DNA of 64,000 nt from a virus (IMGVR_UViG_3300028887_000001:28088-92087), one strand, 5' to 3'. Shown: positions 47,528 to 58,814, numbered from the stretch's first letter. Notes: generated by a model from the letters alone, not told the origin. Translations and numbers: made by a program.

Positions 47528-48013
47528 TTATATTTTTCCGTTTTCTTTTAACCATACTACCATTTCAAATGCTGCATCAATCGGGTCTTCTTTCTGACCA
47601 GTATTAACCATATCCTTAAATGAATGCTGACCATCTACGTCAAATTTTATGTTGCCATATGCAATTTGATACAAGTCAACATCATCTGTGAATTTGTATT
47701 TGCGGAAATCAACCTTGTATGTTATGGTATCACCATAGATATTTTCCCCATAAAACTCACTTTTTATCAATTTCAACAAAGCAGAAAGACTCCAAGCTGG
47801 AAATTCACCATCATAATCATTTTCAGAAAAGTTAGGATTTTTCATTAAGAAATCTTTTGGATATGGAACTTCATCATACCCACCTTCAAACATTCTATCA
47901 GAGTATTCATAAGGTGCTATATAGCCATATCTCATATCAGCAGTATTAATATCAATCCCTAACTCTATGAGTTTCTTGGATTGTTCAAATGAAGTGCAAA
48001 TTTTATTTTCCAT
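47528..48013 (-). CDS. paralog family C protein
   Basis: paralog of 35437. Confidence 0.8.
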   Translation of the reverse strand: MENKICTSFEQSKKLIELGIDINTADMRYGYIAPYEYSDRMFEGGYDEVPYPKDFLMKNPNFSENDYDGEFPAWSLSALLKLIKSEFYGENIYGDTITYKVDFRKYKFTDDVDLYQIAYGNIKFDVDGQHSFKDMVNTGQKEDPIDAAFEMVVWLKENGKI

Positions 48014-48093
48014 AAACTATTTCACAAAGTAGATAATAAATGTTTTCTTCAATTCCAGTAGTTTGATGATTATTAATATACTCACCAAGTTTT

Positions 48094-48627
48094 CTAATCA
48101 ATTCTTTCATAAGGGTTATTTTCTTTTGTTACTTCAATAGCCAAACCTTTCTCAATTAAACCTCTAAAATCAAAATGATGAGCGTTGAGCCAGTCTATGT
48201 ATTGTGACGTAGTATCTTTACAAAAATTTATCCATTGAAATACATTATGATTTACACTTTCTATACCCCCTTCATCATTTATTAAGAATAGTTCACAGTC
48301 TTTTTTATTACCAAGAACATAAATAAGTAACTCTTCTTTTTCTTCCTCTGTCATACTTGACATTGGGCGGAGATATGGAAGCACTTCCCCAAAACGAAAA
48401 GGTGTTGAACCGGTTGACATACCACACCCTTCATATTCTTCATAACTAATCCAACCATCATAATCCGTATCTATTAGATTACCACTTTTGCTATAACTAA
48501 GAGTGTGCAGACTAGTAATTTCCCATTTACGGTGGTCATACTCATTTTCTTTATAATTGACTATAACACCATAATGTAATCTCCCACTAATGTCTATAAA
48601 TGAAAGCTCTTTATCTTCTTGTTTCAT
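48094..48627 (-). CDS. paralog family A protein
   Basis: PYLRPMSSMTEEE..WLNAHHFDFRGLIEKGLA. Confidence 0.8.
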   Translation of the reverse strand: MKQEDKELSFIDISGRLHYGVIVNYKENEYDHRKWEITSLHTLSYSKSGNLIDTDYDGWISYEEYEGCGMSTGSTPFRFGEVLPYLRPMSSMTEEEKEELLIYVLGNKKDCELFLINDEGGIESVNHNVFQWINFCKDTTSQYIDWLNAHHFDFRGLIEKGLAIEVTKENNPYERID

Positions 48628-48783
48628 AATTGTTCTTTTTTATAAAATGGTCCACCACATTTATTTGGCTTCGTAAACATAGGAAGTATTTTATCACAAC
48701 TATCAACATAAGTGCAAATAGTACATTCGCCACATTTCCCCAAAAAAGGAAACCTTTTAATTAATTCTTCTTGTGTCATAATT

Positions 48784-49179
48784 TTATTCTTTATAAGGAT
48801 TATTACTTTCAGTTACTTCAATAGCAACGCCTTTTGGAATTAAACCCATAAAATCAAAATGCTTTCTAAGAAGCCAATCAATTGGTTTGGTTGATAATTC
48901 ACCACACAACATTAAGCCACATTCTTCTATTTCTACATTTGTCATTGAAGACATTGTACGAAGATAAGGTTTGATTGATGTCACGCTATAATCATATATT
49001 TTACATTGATTTTCTTCACCATTTAATGGTTTATTGCTAATAAATGATTCTAAAGTATTTGGACTAAGTCTTCCCAACATTGTTTCAGATTTGTCACTGG
49101 TATCATAGTAACAAATTACATCATGAGTCAATGCCATACAAAGGTACTTCAGTAATAGTTCTTTTTCTTCTTGTGTCAT
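48784..49179 (-). CDS. paralog family A protein
   Basis: KPYLRTMSSMT..HFDFMGLI. Confidence 0.8.
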   Translation of the reverse strand: MTQEEKELLLKYLCMALTHDVICYYDTSDKSETMLGRLSPNTLESFISNKPLNGEENQCKIYDYSVTSIKPYLRTMSSMTNVEIEECGLMLCGELSTKPIDWLLRKHFDFMGLIPKGVAIEVTESNNPYKE

Positions 49180-49358
49180 ACTATATCACTCATATATAAA
49201 CATCCAATCACTTCCCAAATATCTTCAACATTTACATCTTCTGGTGCATTGGAACCCCTAAGACCATACTTGATAATCGCAAGACAGTCATCCTTGCTCA
49301 ATGAATCTAAGTAATCAATTATTTCCTGTTTCATATTATTTTTTTTTTAGTTTTATGT

Positions 49359-49817
49359 TTAATAAACCAAATGACTTAGGAATTCTGTCTGCATATATCC
49401 GTTCTTATTCAGTATGAATCTCATTGGGCTTTTACCAACCCTGTCACTCACAAATGGTATTAGTTTTGTGAAGTTACTTCTGTTTTTAAGATATGATATG
49501 AGACCATTAAAATCACCCTCAACATACTCATCCTTATATTCAATTAGCACATCCCTTACAGGATAATATGTACCAACGGAAAACTCTGAATTAAAATTCT
49601 CGTCCACACCGGACTCAATGGAATATATTTTTCTTGCAAGAAAACTGTCGTTCTTAACATATATCAAATCTGTGTTACCGTCAAATGGTCTATAAAAAAT
49701 CTCGTCAAAACTATACGTCTTAGGCTTTTTACCATTGTCATTAGATTTAACAATGGATGGTGCTGTAGCAAACAACGCGCCAAGACCAATTCTTTTCAAA
49801 AAGTTTCTTCTTTCCAT
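49359..49817 (-). CDS. protein with twin-arginine-like N-terminus
   Basis: MERRNFLKRIGLGALFATAP. Confidence 0.7.
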   Translation of the reverse strand: MERRNFLKRIGLGALFATAPSIVKSNDNGKKPKTYSFDEIFYRPFDGNTDLIYVKNDSFLARKIYSIESGVDENFNSEFSVGTYYPVRDVLIEYKDEYVEGDFNGLISYLKNRSNFTKLIPFVSDRVGKSPMRFILNKNGYMQTEFLSHLVY

Positions 49818-49848
49818 ATTATTATCATTTATTTTTTTTTTGTACCTT

Positions 49849-50085
49849 CTAATCCTTTAGAATATTCAGCAAATATTCAAGGCGTATACAGTCAAAGTCG
49901 TCAGACCAGCCACGCTCACAATTACGCCTAAATTCAACCTCATAGCCGCCACATATGTCAGCAGTAAGTTCTTCTCCATATATGTCTGTCGCAATTTGGC
50001 TGAGTGATTCTAATGCGGCAGTTAACTTACTTGCAGCCTCGCAAGTCTCATTGTATGCCTTTAAAAGTTCTTTTCTTTGTGACAT
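49849..50085 (-). CDS. hypothetical protein
   Basis: sigma-A promoter at ~50125-50160. Confidence 0.7.
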   Translation of the reverse strand: MSQRKELLKAYNETCEAASKLTAALESLSQIATDIYGEELTADICGGYEVEFRRNCERGWSDDFDCIRLEYLLNILKD

Positions 50086-50161
50086 TATTGTTCAAGTTTA
50101 TTTCATTTCTTTTTTGTTTTCTGCTGCAAAGGTACAATAATTTTCTGAATTGACCAAATTT

Positions 50162-50554
50162 TTAACCAATTTTTTTCAGTTTTATTACAAAATACTCCTT
50201 TCCCTTCTCGGCACCCCATTCCTCTTTACCTTCTCCAATGGTAATACTTTCAATCATCCTTGTCATGCTTTCTCTGTTTGATGAATAACCAAGATAGAAA
50301 GTAACCGCATCGTGTTTATATTGCAACCAGGAGCAATCATCACCATTTGCGAGATTATCAAGACTCACCTTTAACTTCTTTAGGAAATGTTCATCCATAA
50401 CGAATTTCTCGTCAATCTTATGTCCCCAAGCATCAGTAAGAAGCCTATTAAGATAATATGGTGTTATTTCTCTGTATTCCTCTTCCTTCTCTCCTGATTC
50501 AATTAGCCTGTACCAAACCTTCTTTAGAATTAATTTCAATGTACTTTCTTTCAT
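50162..50554 (-). CDS. ASCH/PUA-like domain protein
   Basis: LxLxLKKxWY..IxSGEKxEEYRE..GxGxxEWGA. Confidence 0.75.
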   Translation of the reverse strand: MKESTLKLILKKVWYRLIESGEKEEEYREITPYYLNRLLTDAWGHKIDEKFVMDEHFLKKLKVSLDNLANGDDCSWLQYKHDAVTFYLGYSSNRESMTRMIESITIGEGKEEWGAEKGKEYFVIKLKKIG

Positions 50555-50948
50555 CTTGTTTTTCCTCCTCTCTTCCTAATTCCGCCAAATCACTTATATC
50601 TATATAGTATTCATCTTTCTTCACTCTGTTTGTCACAATACACTCTTCCCAATCTGAATAATCACCGCCGTCGTGTGTGACTTGAATTACATAATCCAAA
50701 GAGTCGTTATAGATATCCAATTCAGCCCTTTTCCACTTTGGTAAAGAATCTAATATTCTTTTCCTGGCTTCCTTGGCTAGTGTTTTTGCGGCATGTTCTA
50801 ATGCTTCATTATATCCAGTCATGTATGCATTTCTCAGTGTCTCGTTGATGTCAACTGTTACAACCCTATTAAAATCCTTACATTGGACAGGGTATGGCTT
50901 AATTGGATACAATTCCAGTGCCCTTTTTTCTATTTGTTCTTTTGTCAT
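50499..50948 (-). CDS. hypothetical protein
   Basis: packed ORF. Confidence 0.65.
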   Translation of the reverse strand: MTKEQIEKRALELYPIKPYPVQCKDFNRVVTVDINETLRNAYMTGYNEALEHAAKTLAKEARKRILDSLPKWKRAELDIYNDSLDYVIQVTHDGGDYSDWEECIVTNRVKKDEYYIDISDLAELGREEEKQDERKYIEINSKEGLVQAN

Positions 50949-50967
50949 ATCTTCTTATTTTCTAATA

Positions 50968-53900
50968 TCATAGTTCTGTAATTGAACAAAATAACAAACC
51001 CAAAAGAAAACCGTCACAAAATGCTGCAATTACTGTAGCTACTTCGCCAATAGTAGGTTCGGTAAGACACCAAATTAAATTTGCTGTTTGAAGGATAAAT
51101 AATAATGCCATAAAAATTATTGGCAGAAATCTTTTAAAATTTGTACTCATAATAACTATGTTAATTTTTCATTGATTTTTTTAAATCTTCTATTAAATCC
51201 TTTTTATAGTCTGCTTCATTGAAATCTCGATTAATATAGAGATAATCATATATATTATCTTCAAGCCAATCACAAACCTTTTCAATCATTGTTTCATCAG
51301 CCCATTCAGCACCATTTACAAAATCATCCTTAATTGCTCCCAAATATGGTTTAGAATGATATTCAAAAGATGCTTGTTCCCTTTCTTCTTTTCGTGTCAT
51401 AACTTATTCCTTCATTGCTTTACGAAAACTACTATAATAATCACACGCTTTTCTGCAAATATGTGTCGGTACTGTATGTGGGAAATGTCCACATACCTCA
51501 CAATAAGCATCACAAGCCTTGTCAAACAACTCTTTCTTCTCCTTTCTCAGTTGCTCTATGGTCTTAACCATTGCTTTTATTTCCTCTTGTGTGTAAGGAA
51601 TTTCTTCTCCGTGTGTCATCATAGTCTATTCTCCTTTCTGTTTCCTTAGTATTTCTTCTTTAGTGTATGGGCATGATGTTTCTGCAATCTCGTCAACATA
51701 CATTTCAAATGCTTCTTCAAGATTATCAACATCAAACTCAAATTTTTTTCCCCAAGAGGTTATGAATTCCTCTCTTATGAACTCCAATGGAAGATACCAT
51801 ATGTCAACCATTAAATTCTCAGTTGTTCCATCATCAAATGTAACCTCAAAAATATCAGGTTCTGAATAGCCTGTACCACATGACATATCCGGTATAATCC
51901 TGTCTATATATTCAATTGATATTACTTTCATATTATTTTTAATTTATTCTCCATAATATTCGTTTCCGCTTAAGTAATCAATAGCATATTGAACCGCCTC
52001 TTGTTCTCTTTTATTATCATAGAACTTAATTTGTGTCCAATAATATAAAAGACTTTCTAATTCCTCTATTGCTTCTTCTTTCGTCATATCTATTTTTTCA
52101 ATATCTGGTTATTATTGAACTATTTTTCAATTATTTCTCCGTAGTCGCCATCCAATATGTGATTGCATAATTCGGCAATATCCTCCACATTATCCTGTGT
52201 CCATTCATCGGCTTCATAATCTTTGTTATTGATGATTTTATCACATTTACGGACAATGTAATTGAATACATTAATCAATTCTTCTTTCGTCATATCTATT
52301 CTTTAGTTTTAAAACCAATTTCTTCAAACAATCTCATTATACCAACTGATGAACCTTCGTCAAAGTTCAGTCTTGTGATTATTGGGCAACTTTTGAAGCC
52401 ATTGACTGTTACATTATTCATGTTTGTTATATTACACAACTTCTTGAATCCTATTAAAAACTTGTCCAAATCAGATAGCATCGTACCGCCATCATGTGGG
52501 TTGTCAGTATATGTAACTTCAGGTATTTCTATTGTAATCATGCTAAATCAAAATAATAATCGTCTTCCAATACAATTTGAAATGCTACCATTCCTTGTCC
52601 ATCACAGCATATTGGCTTAAAATCTTTAATCCGCTCCATTTCACAGAAGCCATCCTCGTCCTTACTGATTACAGTTCCGATTCTCTCACAATCAGCCCAA
52701 GATGGATTTTCCTTGATGATGGTATCAATTATGTCTCTCAATTCAATCAGTTTCATAACTATGCTTCAAGTTCTTTTGGTTGTCCTAACGGTTCTATGAT
52801 TACAAACGGGGTATCCTCAGGCTTTAAGCCTTCACCACAGCCAGGGCCACCATAACCCATTTCGAAATCCTCAAGTTCGTACCAATTTGATTTCAGGTCC
52901 AACTTCACCTCCGCATCCATATTATAACGGAGCAATTTTGTAATAAAATCTCTAACTTTCATGTTTCTTGTAATATTCTATGTATATCTTAGTTTTCTCT
53001 TCCTCACTCAGTTCCTCGTATTCGGGGTGGTCCTTTAAAATGTCTTCCATAATAGTAACCATCTTATTGAGGGACCTTTCTATCTTATCAAAACCTTCAC
53101 TTAGACGTTTTTGTCGTCTTTCCCTTTTTACGCTCTCAACCTTTCTTCTCTTTGTAAACAGACTCATATTTTTTTATCAACTTTATTTAGAATGCTGTTA
53201 TGTCTTTTTTCAAACTTTGCTTTATCTTTATTCAACAATTCCATAAGGAATTCTTTATCAGAACAAACGGACCCACAATAATATGCAGAGGTTTCAAACA
53301 TATCATATTTTTCCTTTTCTAATGTGAATGCACGAAGACTTCCGCTTTCATCAATGTATTTGATAACCTCTCCTCTAGCAATTTCTACTATGACACCAAC
53401 GGTATATTGATTGACATCGTCAATGAAACCACCATCCCAATCAATTAGATACATTGGGTCTCCAACCCTTAATTCACCTAATGTTTTCATATTGTTCTTT
53501 TTTCTATATATGTCTTTATGCATTTACTATCAAATCGTGTGCAACAATCAGTGCAGTTCCCATTGCATTTTTACAGATTTCTCTTAATGTTGTTTCTGGT
53601 GTAATCTCAATAGGCATTTGGTCTATAAGTTCATCAACGTCTATTTCGGAAACAGAATCGATTATTTCATCCTTTGCAATTTCTCTTACCATTTCTGCAA
53701 ACTGAGCATAATCTATTGGTTCAACGCCAGACAATTTATTTATTACGAATTCTTCAACCTTACTTTGTGGAACATAATCATCGTCAAACCAAAGGTCGTG
53801 CCCTGGACAGTATAATTCACCTTCACAACGATACTTACCATCCTTGTCATAGAAGTGTGTGAAATCACCATGTTCTGAATGTATCAACGCAAGTATCGGA

Positions 53901-54028
53901 AATTTATGGCCATTATCATTCTTGACATCACATTTGGTTGATAGTATTTCAATTGGCCAACCATAATCAACAACAACCTTAATATCTGGGTTGTTAAGAT
54001 ATTCCTTTAATTTGAATTGTCTTCTCAT
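50968..54028 (-). other. run of ~12 small co-oriented hypothetical genes (e.g. 51161-51400, 51404-51622, 51626-51931, 52296-52541, 52538-52756, 52759-52962, 52952-53167, 53164-53490, 53516-54028)
   Basis: abutting or overlapping ATG ORFs, no recognisable motifs. Confidence 0.65.
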
Positions 54029-54047
54029 ATTACTTTTTATTATTTAG

Positions 54048-54138
54048 CGGAGAGTGAGGGACTCGAACCCCCGCGTCGGGTATTAGCCGGCCTAAGACGT
54101 TAGCAGTGTCTCCCCTTCGCCAACTTGGGTAACTCTCC
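54048..54138 (-). tRNA. tRNA-Ser(GCU)
   Basis: GGAGAGT/ACTCTCC acceptor, CT-GCT-AA loop, long variable arm, G73; own sigma-A-like promoter at ~54175-54205. Confidence 0.9.
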
Positions 54139-54217
54139 AATCCATTTGCAAGTTATATTATGCGTAATATTTTGTGCAAAATTACATATAATACCTCAAT
54201 TTACAAAACAATCCACG

Positions 54218-54478
54218 TTAAAAAATGTTAAACGCTTCATCTTCTGTCATTGGATGTTCCATTTTAAAGTCTTCTTCATCCATAATGTGCATGGTACTGG
54301 CAACCTCGTCTCTCATCCATTTTGCCCCCGCTTTAAATGCATTATAAATGTCTTCACCGGTAAATGAATGTTGAACGAAGTAATCATTCCATTCTTTTGG
54401 GTTAAGTCTCTTTGATGCTTCATTATCGGCATATGACTCTGCTGCTTTTTCTAGACTATTCAAAAAATCATTCATCAT
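54218..54478 (-). CDS. hypothetical protein (AFxAGAxW motif)
   Basis: similar motif in 51161-51400. Confidence 0.65.
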   Translation of the reverse strand: MMNDFLNSLEKAAESYADNEASKRLNPKEWNDYFVQHSFTGEDIYNAFKAGAKWMRDEVASTMHIMDEEDFKMEHPMTEDEAFNIF

Positions 54479-54704
54479 AATTGTCCCAATATTCTTTCAT
54501 TTCAAATGCACTGAATTCTTCTACTTCTTGCCATGATATGATGTTAATCGCATTATTGTCGTGGTCGTATTTATCTAACTTCTTTCTAAGTTCCTTTGTT
54601 ACTGTTAAGACATTAATCTTTCCAGTAATCTCAATAACCTCAGAATTAAAGACGCCACTTACGTTTTGATAAACCACGTATAAACTAGTTGTTTTCTTTT
54701 CCAT
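54468..54704 (-). CDS. hypothetical protein
   Basis: start at MEKKTT after promoter. Confidence 0.6.
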   Translation of the reverse strand: MEKKTTSLYVVYQNVSGVFNSEVIEITGKINVLTVTKELRKKLDKYDHDNNAINIISWQEVEEFSAFEMKEYWDNYDE

Positions 54705-54866
54705 ATTTTTTCTAAAAATTTTAAAATCTGGTGCAAAGATACTAAACATTTATGAAACAGACAACATATAGTTAAAATTTTTCCAGAATAATGCCTTAAT
54801 TTGATATTTTTCTTTTCTATTTTTGATATTTTTAGTACTTTTGCAATGAAAAAAAAAAATAATATA

Positions 54867-55490
54867 ATGATATTTTATCACGGAACAAGTGAAGAGAATT
54901 GGAAGGCAGCCCAAGAAGAAGGTATTTTATTTGGCAGAAGGTATATTGTTGATGGTGATGGAAACCCAATAAAGGAATTGGATAGATGTACATACCTTGC
55001 TGTTCATCCAGAAGAGGCTAATAACTATGGCGATGTATTATTGGAGGTGGAATATGACCCATATAAGAAGGGCGCAAGGTGTAATCGTTTCGGAGAAGGT
55101 TGTTGGCAATTAAGGATATATGAACCAATACCAATTGATAAGGTAAAGAGAGTAAAGATACAAGACATAAAACCGTTGTATATAAGGTTTGGCGAAATAC
55201 CTGAGGATGGCTTTTCAACAATATATTCATACGGTGAAGAAAGTGGTAAGGAAAAGGGTGTTAGCTGTTATAGGGCTATTATTGACGAGAATGATGTGAT
55301 ACACATCTGTTTGCCATTGCCATTCACAGAAAGCAGGTGGAATGTTCTTCAGGGATTTATTCATTATGACAACAGGCCGGCGTTTCTTATAACTGGTGAT
55401 GTTGTTGGCTATGGTTCAGAAGGTGAACCGTTATTAAAGAATGTTCTAATCGCAAAAAGACTTGAAAAGAATTATAGAAAAAAAGAGTAA
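54867..55490 (+). CDS. ADP-ribosyltransferase-like (HGT motif) protein plus second domain
   Basis: FYHGTS..GI..TYLA..EAxxYG.VLLEV. Confidence 0.6.
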   Translation: MIFYHGTSEENWKAAQEEGILFGRRYIVDGDGNPIKELDRCTYLAVHPEEANNYGDVLLEVEYDPYKKGARCNRFGEGCWQLRIYEPIPIDKVKRVKIQDIKPLYIRFGEIPEDGFSTIYSYGEESGKEKGVSCYRAIIDENDVIHICLPLPFTESRWNVLQGFIHYDNRPAFLITGDVVGYGSEGEPLLKNVLIAKRLEKNYRKKE

Positions 55491-55558
55491 TAATTTAATC
55501 TATTTATAAAACCGATGCAAGAAAACCCATTAATCTTTAGTTAATGGGATGAATTGCA

Positions 55559-55963
55559 TTAACCTTGATTCTCAATGTACTTTCTGATTGCATCAGGACT
55601 TGCTTCACCAATGGAACACACAAAATATCCATCAGACCAAAAACTATGCTCTTTCCAAAAGTGTTTTCTTAATGTTGGTTGAAACTCTTTCCATAATCTG
55701 TTTGTGCTTACTTGTTTCAATATTCTAACAATTGAAGTGACAGTTACATTTGGAGGATAGTTAATAAGAAGATGTATATGGTCTTTGTCTGTTTCCATTA
55801 TCTCAATTTCAAAATCACACTTAGATTCAATTTCTTTGAATGCAGAAAGTACACATTCTCTAATATCAGAAACAAGTAGTTGTTTTCTGTATTTACATAC
55901 AAATATCAAGTGACATTTTAGGTAAAATTTGTGCCTATTTTTAGAAAAATAACCCATAATCAA
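55559..55963 (-). CDS. tnpA: IS200/IS605 Y1 HUH transposase TnpA
   Basis: HLIFVCKYR, DHIHLL (HUH), FWSDGYF, YIENQ. Confidence 0.92.
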   Translation of the reverse strand: MIMGYFSKNRHKFYLKCHLIFVCKYRKQLLVSDIRECVLSAFKEIESKCDFEIEIMETDKDHIHLLINYPPNVTVTSIVRILKQVSTNRLWKEFQPTLRKHFWKEHSFWSDGYFVCSIGEASPDAIRKYIENQG

Positions 55964-56047
55964 AATATTTTTTACAAAAATAGTAACTTTTTGTAAAATA
56001 TTTGATATTTAATATTGAAAAGTGATTAGTTTTTAACTATATTTTAA

Positions 56048-57247
56048 ATGATGAAAGTGATTTTAAAGACATATAAATACAGGATGTACCCAAATGAGGA
56101 GCAAGAACAGATTCTTGCAAAATATTTTGGGTCGGTTCGCTTTGTCTATAATCACTTTCTTGGTGAAAGAAAACAGCAATACACTGAGAGCGGTAAAAGT
56201 GATAATTACTATGTGCAAGCAAGCATACTTACCAAACTAAAAAAACAAGAAGAATACTTGTGGCTAAAGGAAATCAATTCACAAACGCTTCAATTTGCAC
56301 TTAGAAATCTTGAAACTGCATATACAAACTTCTTTAGGGGTAATGCAAGATTCCCAAGATTTAAGGCAAAGAAGAATGGTGGAAGTTTCCATATACCACA
56401 ACATTGTTCTGTTGAAAATGGTAGAATTTACATACCAAAGTTCAAAGGTGGAATTAAGATAGTGGAGCACAGACCATTCAAAGGTGGTGATGTTAGAAAT
56501 ATGACAATCTCTGTCACCCCAAGCGGAAAATATTATGTTTCCATACTTACACAAGTTGCATATGAACCTTTACAGAAAACCAATGCAAAGGTTGGTATTG
56601 ACTTGGGGTTGAAAGACTTGGTAATTACAAGTGATGGTAAAAGATATTCAAGCAACAAGTTCGTCAAGCATTACTCAAAGGAACTTGCAAAAGCGCAAAA
56701 ACACTTGTCAAGGAAGCAGAAAGGCAGTAATAGTTGGGACAGACAAAGAATAAAGGTTGCAAGAATACAAGAGAAAATTCATAACTGTAGGTTTGACAAA
56801 CTACATAAGATTAGCACTGACTTAATAAGAAACTATGATGTAATTTGTTGTGAAGACTTAAATGTTAAGGGGATGCAAAGAAACCACAGACTTGCTCAGT
56901 CAATATCTGATGCAAGTTGGGGAGCATTCCTTTCAATGCTTACATATAAAGCAGTTATGAATGACAAACAAGTAGTGAAGATAGGTAGATACTACCCATC
57001 TTCAAAAACTTGTCATTGCTGTGGTTGGGTTAAAGAAGACTTGCAACTGAAGGATAGGCAATGGGTTTGTCATTCTTGTGGAGAGGTACTTGACAGAGAT
57101 GCTAATGCGGCAATTAATATTCTTAAAGAAGGATTAAGCAATATATCGGCAGGAACTGTCGATTACACTGATGGAGCAGATGTAAGACCCTTTCAAGGGC
57201 AATCAGCAATGAAGTCAGAAGCCCACAAGTCTTTAGCTTGTGGGTAG
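56048..57247 (+). CDS. tnpB: RNA-guided endonuclease TnpB
   Basis: N-terminal HTH, GIDLG, CEDL, SKTCHCCG..CHSCG, DRDANAAINI. Confidence 0.92.
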   Translation: MMKVILKTYKYRMYPNEEQEQILAKYFGSVRFVYNHFLGERKQQYTESGKSDNYYVQASILTKLKKQEEYLWLKEINSQTLQFALRNLETAYTNFFRGNARFPRFKAKKNGGSFHIPQHCSVENGRIYIPKFKGGIKIVEHRPFKGGDVRNMTISVTPSGKYYVSILTQVAYEPLQKTNAKVGIDLGLKDLVITSDGKRYSSNKFVKHYSKELAKAQKHLSRKQKGSNSWDRQRIKVARIQEKIHNCRFDKLHKISTDLIRNYDVICCEDLNVKGMQRNHRLAQSISDASWGAFLSMLTYKAVMNDKQVVKIGRYYPSSKTCHCCGWVKEDLQLKDRQWVCHSCGEVLDRDANAAINILKEGLSNISAGTVDYTDGADVRPFQGQSAMKSEAHKSLACG

Positions 57248-57286
57248 TTCACTTTTAGTAGAAATAATAAATAAACAATACATAAT

Positions 57287-58771
57287 ATGAAAAAGTTTTT
57301 TAAAAAAGTTAAATCATTTTTTACCAATGTAATTACAACAATCAAATCATTATTTGTTTGTGATGAAAATGAGACTCCTGTAAATCCTGGGAGTGGTACA
57401 ACAGTGGTGGATGTAATAGAAGAAGAGGAAGATGTTAACGAGCCATTCGATAAAGATAATATCAAGAATGGAGAAATCGGCGCCTATATAATTTTTGATA
57501 AGAGCAAGGGTGCTGTCGTTACAGATGAGTTTATTGACAACCTGAAGAAACTGGGTATCGATATTCTTTATTTCAACACGCCAAGAAATAAGTCAATTCC
57601 TGAAACATGTCTAACCTATGAAGAGTGGTTTGAAATATTCGAACAATTCAAGGATAGTGGGATAAAGCTTATGCCATACATATATGAAACAATGAGCAAA
57701 AAGGATAAGGATGGTAATTTAATTCGACCAACTTGGACAAACGAACAAATAAGGTCAATATCAGAACACCCATCGTTTTACGGTTGGGTTGCAGAGGATG
57801 AAGTAACTTATAATCAATTCACACAAAACCTTGCTTGGATTACAAGATATCATAATAGGGTTTGGATAGATAAAACGAGAATGTGGCCAAACATGTCCAT
57901 TACGTTCTTACCAAAGGCAAAAAGCCTTATAAATCAACCTTCAATTGGTGGAGATTACGATGCATATCTTGAGACTTATGCCAATTCAGCAGATATATTC
58001 TTTGCCGACATGTATCCAACTGCCTCATTTAAAGGTGACAATAATTATTATAACGTGGCAGAAGATGGAAAAACTGTTTATAGTTTAACAGAAGGTGGGG
58101 TGAACTGGCACAGCTATCTACAATCACACATTAACTTTACAAACAATCACCCAGAATCAATACATAGATTGTATATGCACGTTTGTAAGCATGTTGCAAA
58201 AGAAGCAAACACGAATAAGTTATACGTTGCAAGATATAAACCAACGGAAGAAACACTTAAGGTTCAATCTTATGCAAACCTTATGGCTGGTTCAAATGGT
58301 TTAATGTTGTTTGTTCTTGTCGATATCCCGTATGATGTAGAATATAAAGGATTCACAGAAGCAGCATTCAGTGTGGATTTAAAGCCAAATGAATACACAT
58401 ATAACTTGATGAGTGAGTTCTATAATAGTGAGAAATTCAAGAATTTCAAGAAAATAATGACAAATCTTCATGTGGATGATATTCTTTATTACAATAGTGA
58501 TAATGTGTTTAGTGATGAAGACAACGAATTTATAAATGGTATGGATGAAAGCTCAATGGTTTATGTTGGATATGCGCACAATCAAACAACAAACTATTGT
58601 ACAATCCTTAATTTATCATTGACTGATGCAACATCTGTAACAATTAAGAATGGAAATTATATAATGAATGTTGAAAATGGGACAAGAAAAGAGGCAAATG
58701 ATAAGGAAACACATGTTTTGAATCCTGGAGAAATATTAATGATTAAAAGAGAAATCAAAGTTGAAAAATAA
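57287..58771 (+). CDS. putative glycoside-hydrolase-like TIM-barrel protein
   Basis: HPSFYGWxxEDE, D.YP, LMAGSNGLMxF pattern reminiscent of clan GH-A-like folds. Confidence 0.5.
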   Translation: MKKFFKKVKSFFTNVITTIKSLFVCDENETPVNPGSGTTVVDVIEEEEDVNEPFDKDNIKNGEIGAYIIFDKSKGAVVTDEFIDNLKKLGIDILYFNTPRNKSIPETCLTYEEWFEIFEQFKDSGIKLMPYIYETMSKKDKDGNLIRPTWTNEQIRSISEHPSFYGWVAEDEVTYNQFTQNLAWITRYHNRVWIDKTRMWPNMSITFLPKAKSLINQPSIGGDYDAYLETYANSADIFFADMYPTASFKGDNNYYNVAEDGKTVYSLTEGGVNWHSYLQSHINFTNNHPESIHRLYMHVCKHVAKEANTNKLYVARYKPTEETLKVQSYANLMAGSNGLMLFVLVDIPYDVEYKGFTEAAFSVDLKPNEYTYNLMSEFYNSEKFKNFKKIMTNLHVDDILYYNSDNVFSDEDNEFINGMDESSMVYVGYAHNQTTNYCTILNLSLTDATSVTIKNGNYIMNVENGTRKEANDKETHVLNPGEILMIKREIKVEK

Positions 58772-58814
58772 AAAGATAAAGATATATATTAGTATAAAAT
58801 AAAAATAAAGTATT

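Larger units (their letters stand above)
55508..57252. mobile_element. IS605-type element (divergent tnpA/tnpB)
   Basis: end hairpins CCCATTAA-TCTTTAG-TTAATGGG and CCCACAAG-TCTTTAG-CTTGTGGG; RE ends TCAC; preceded by TTAT. Confidence 0.88.
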
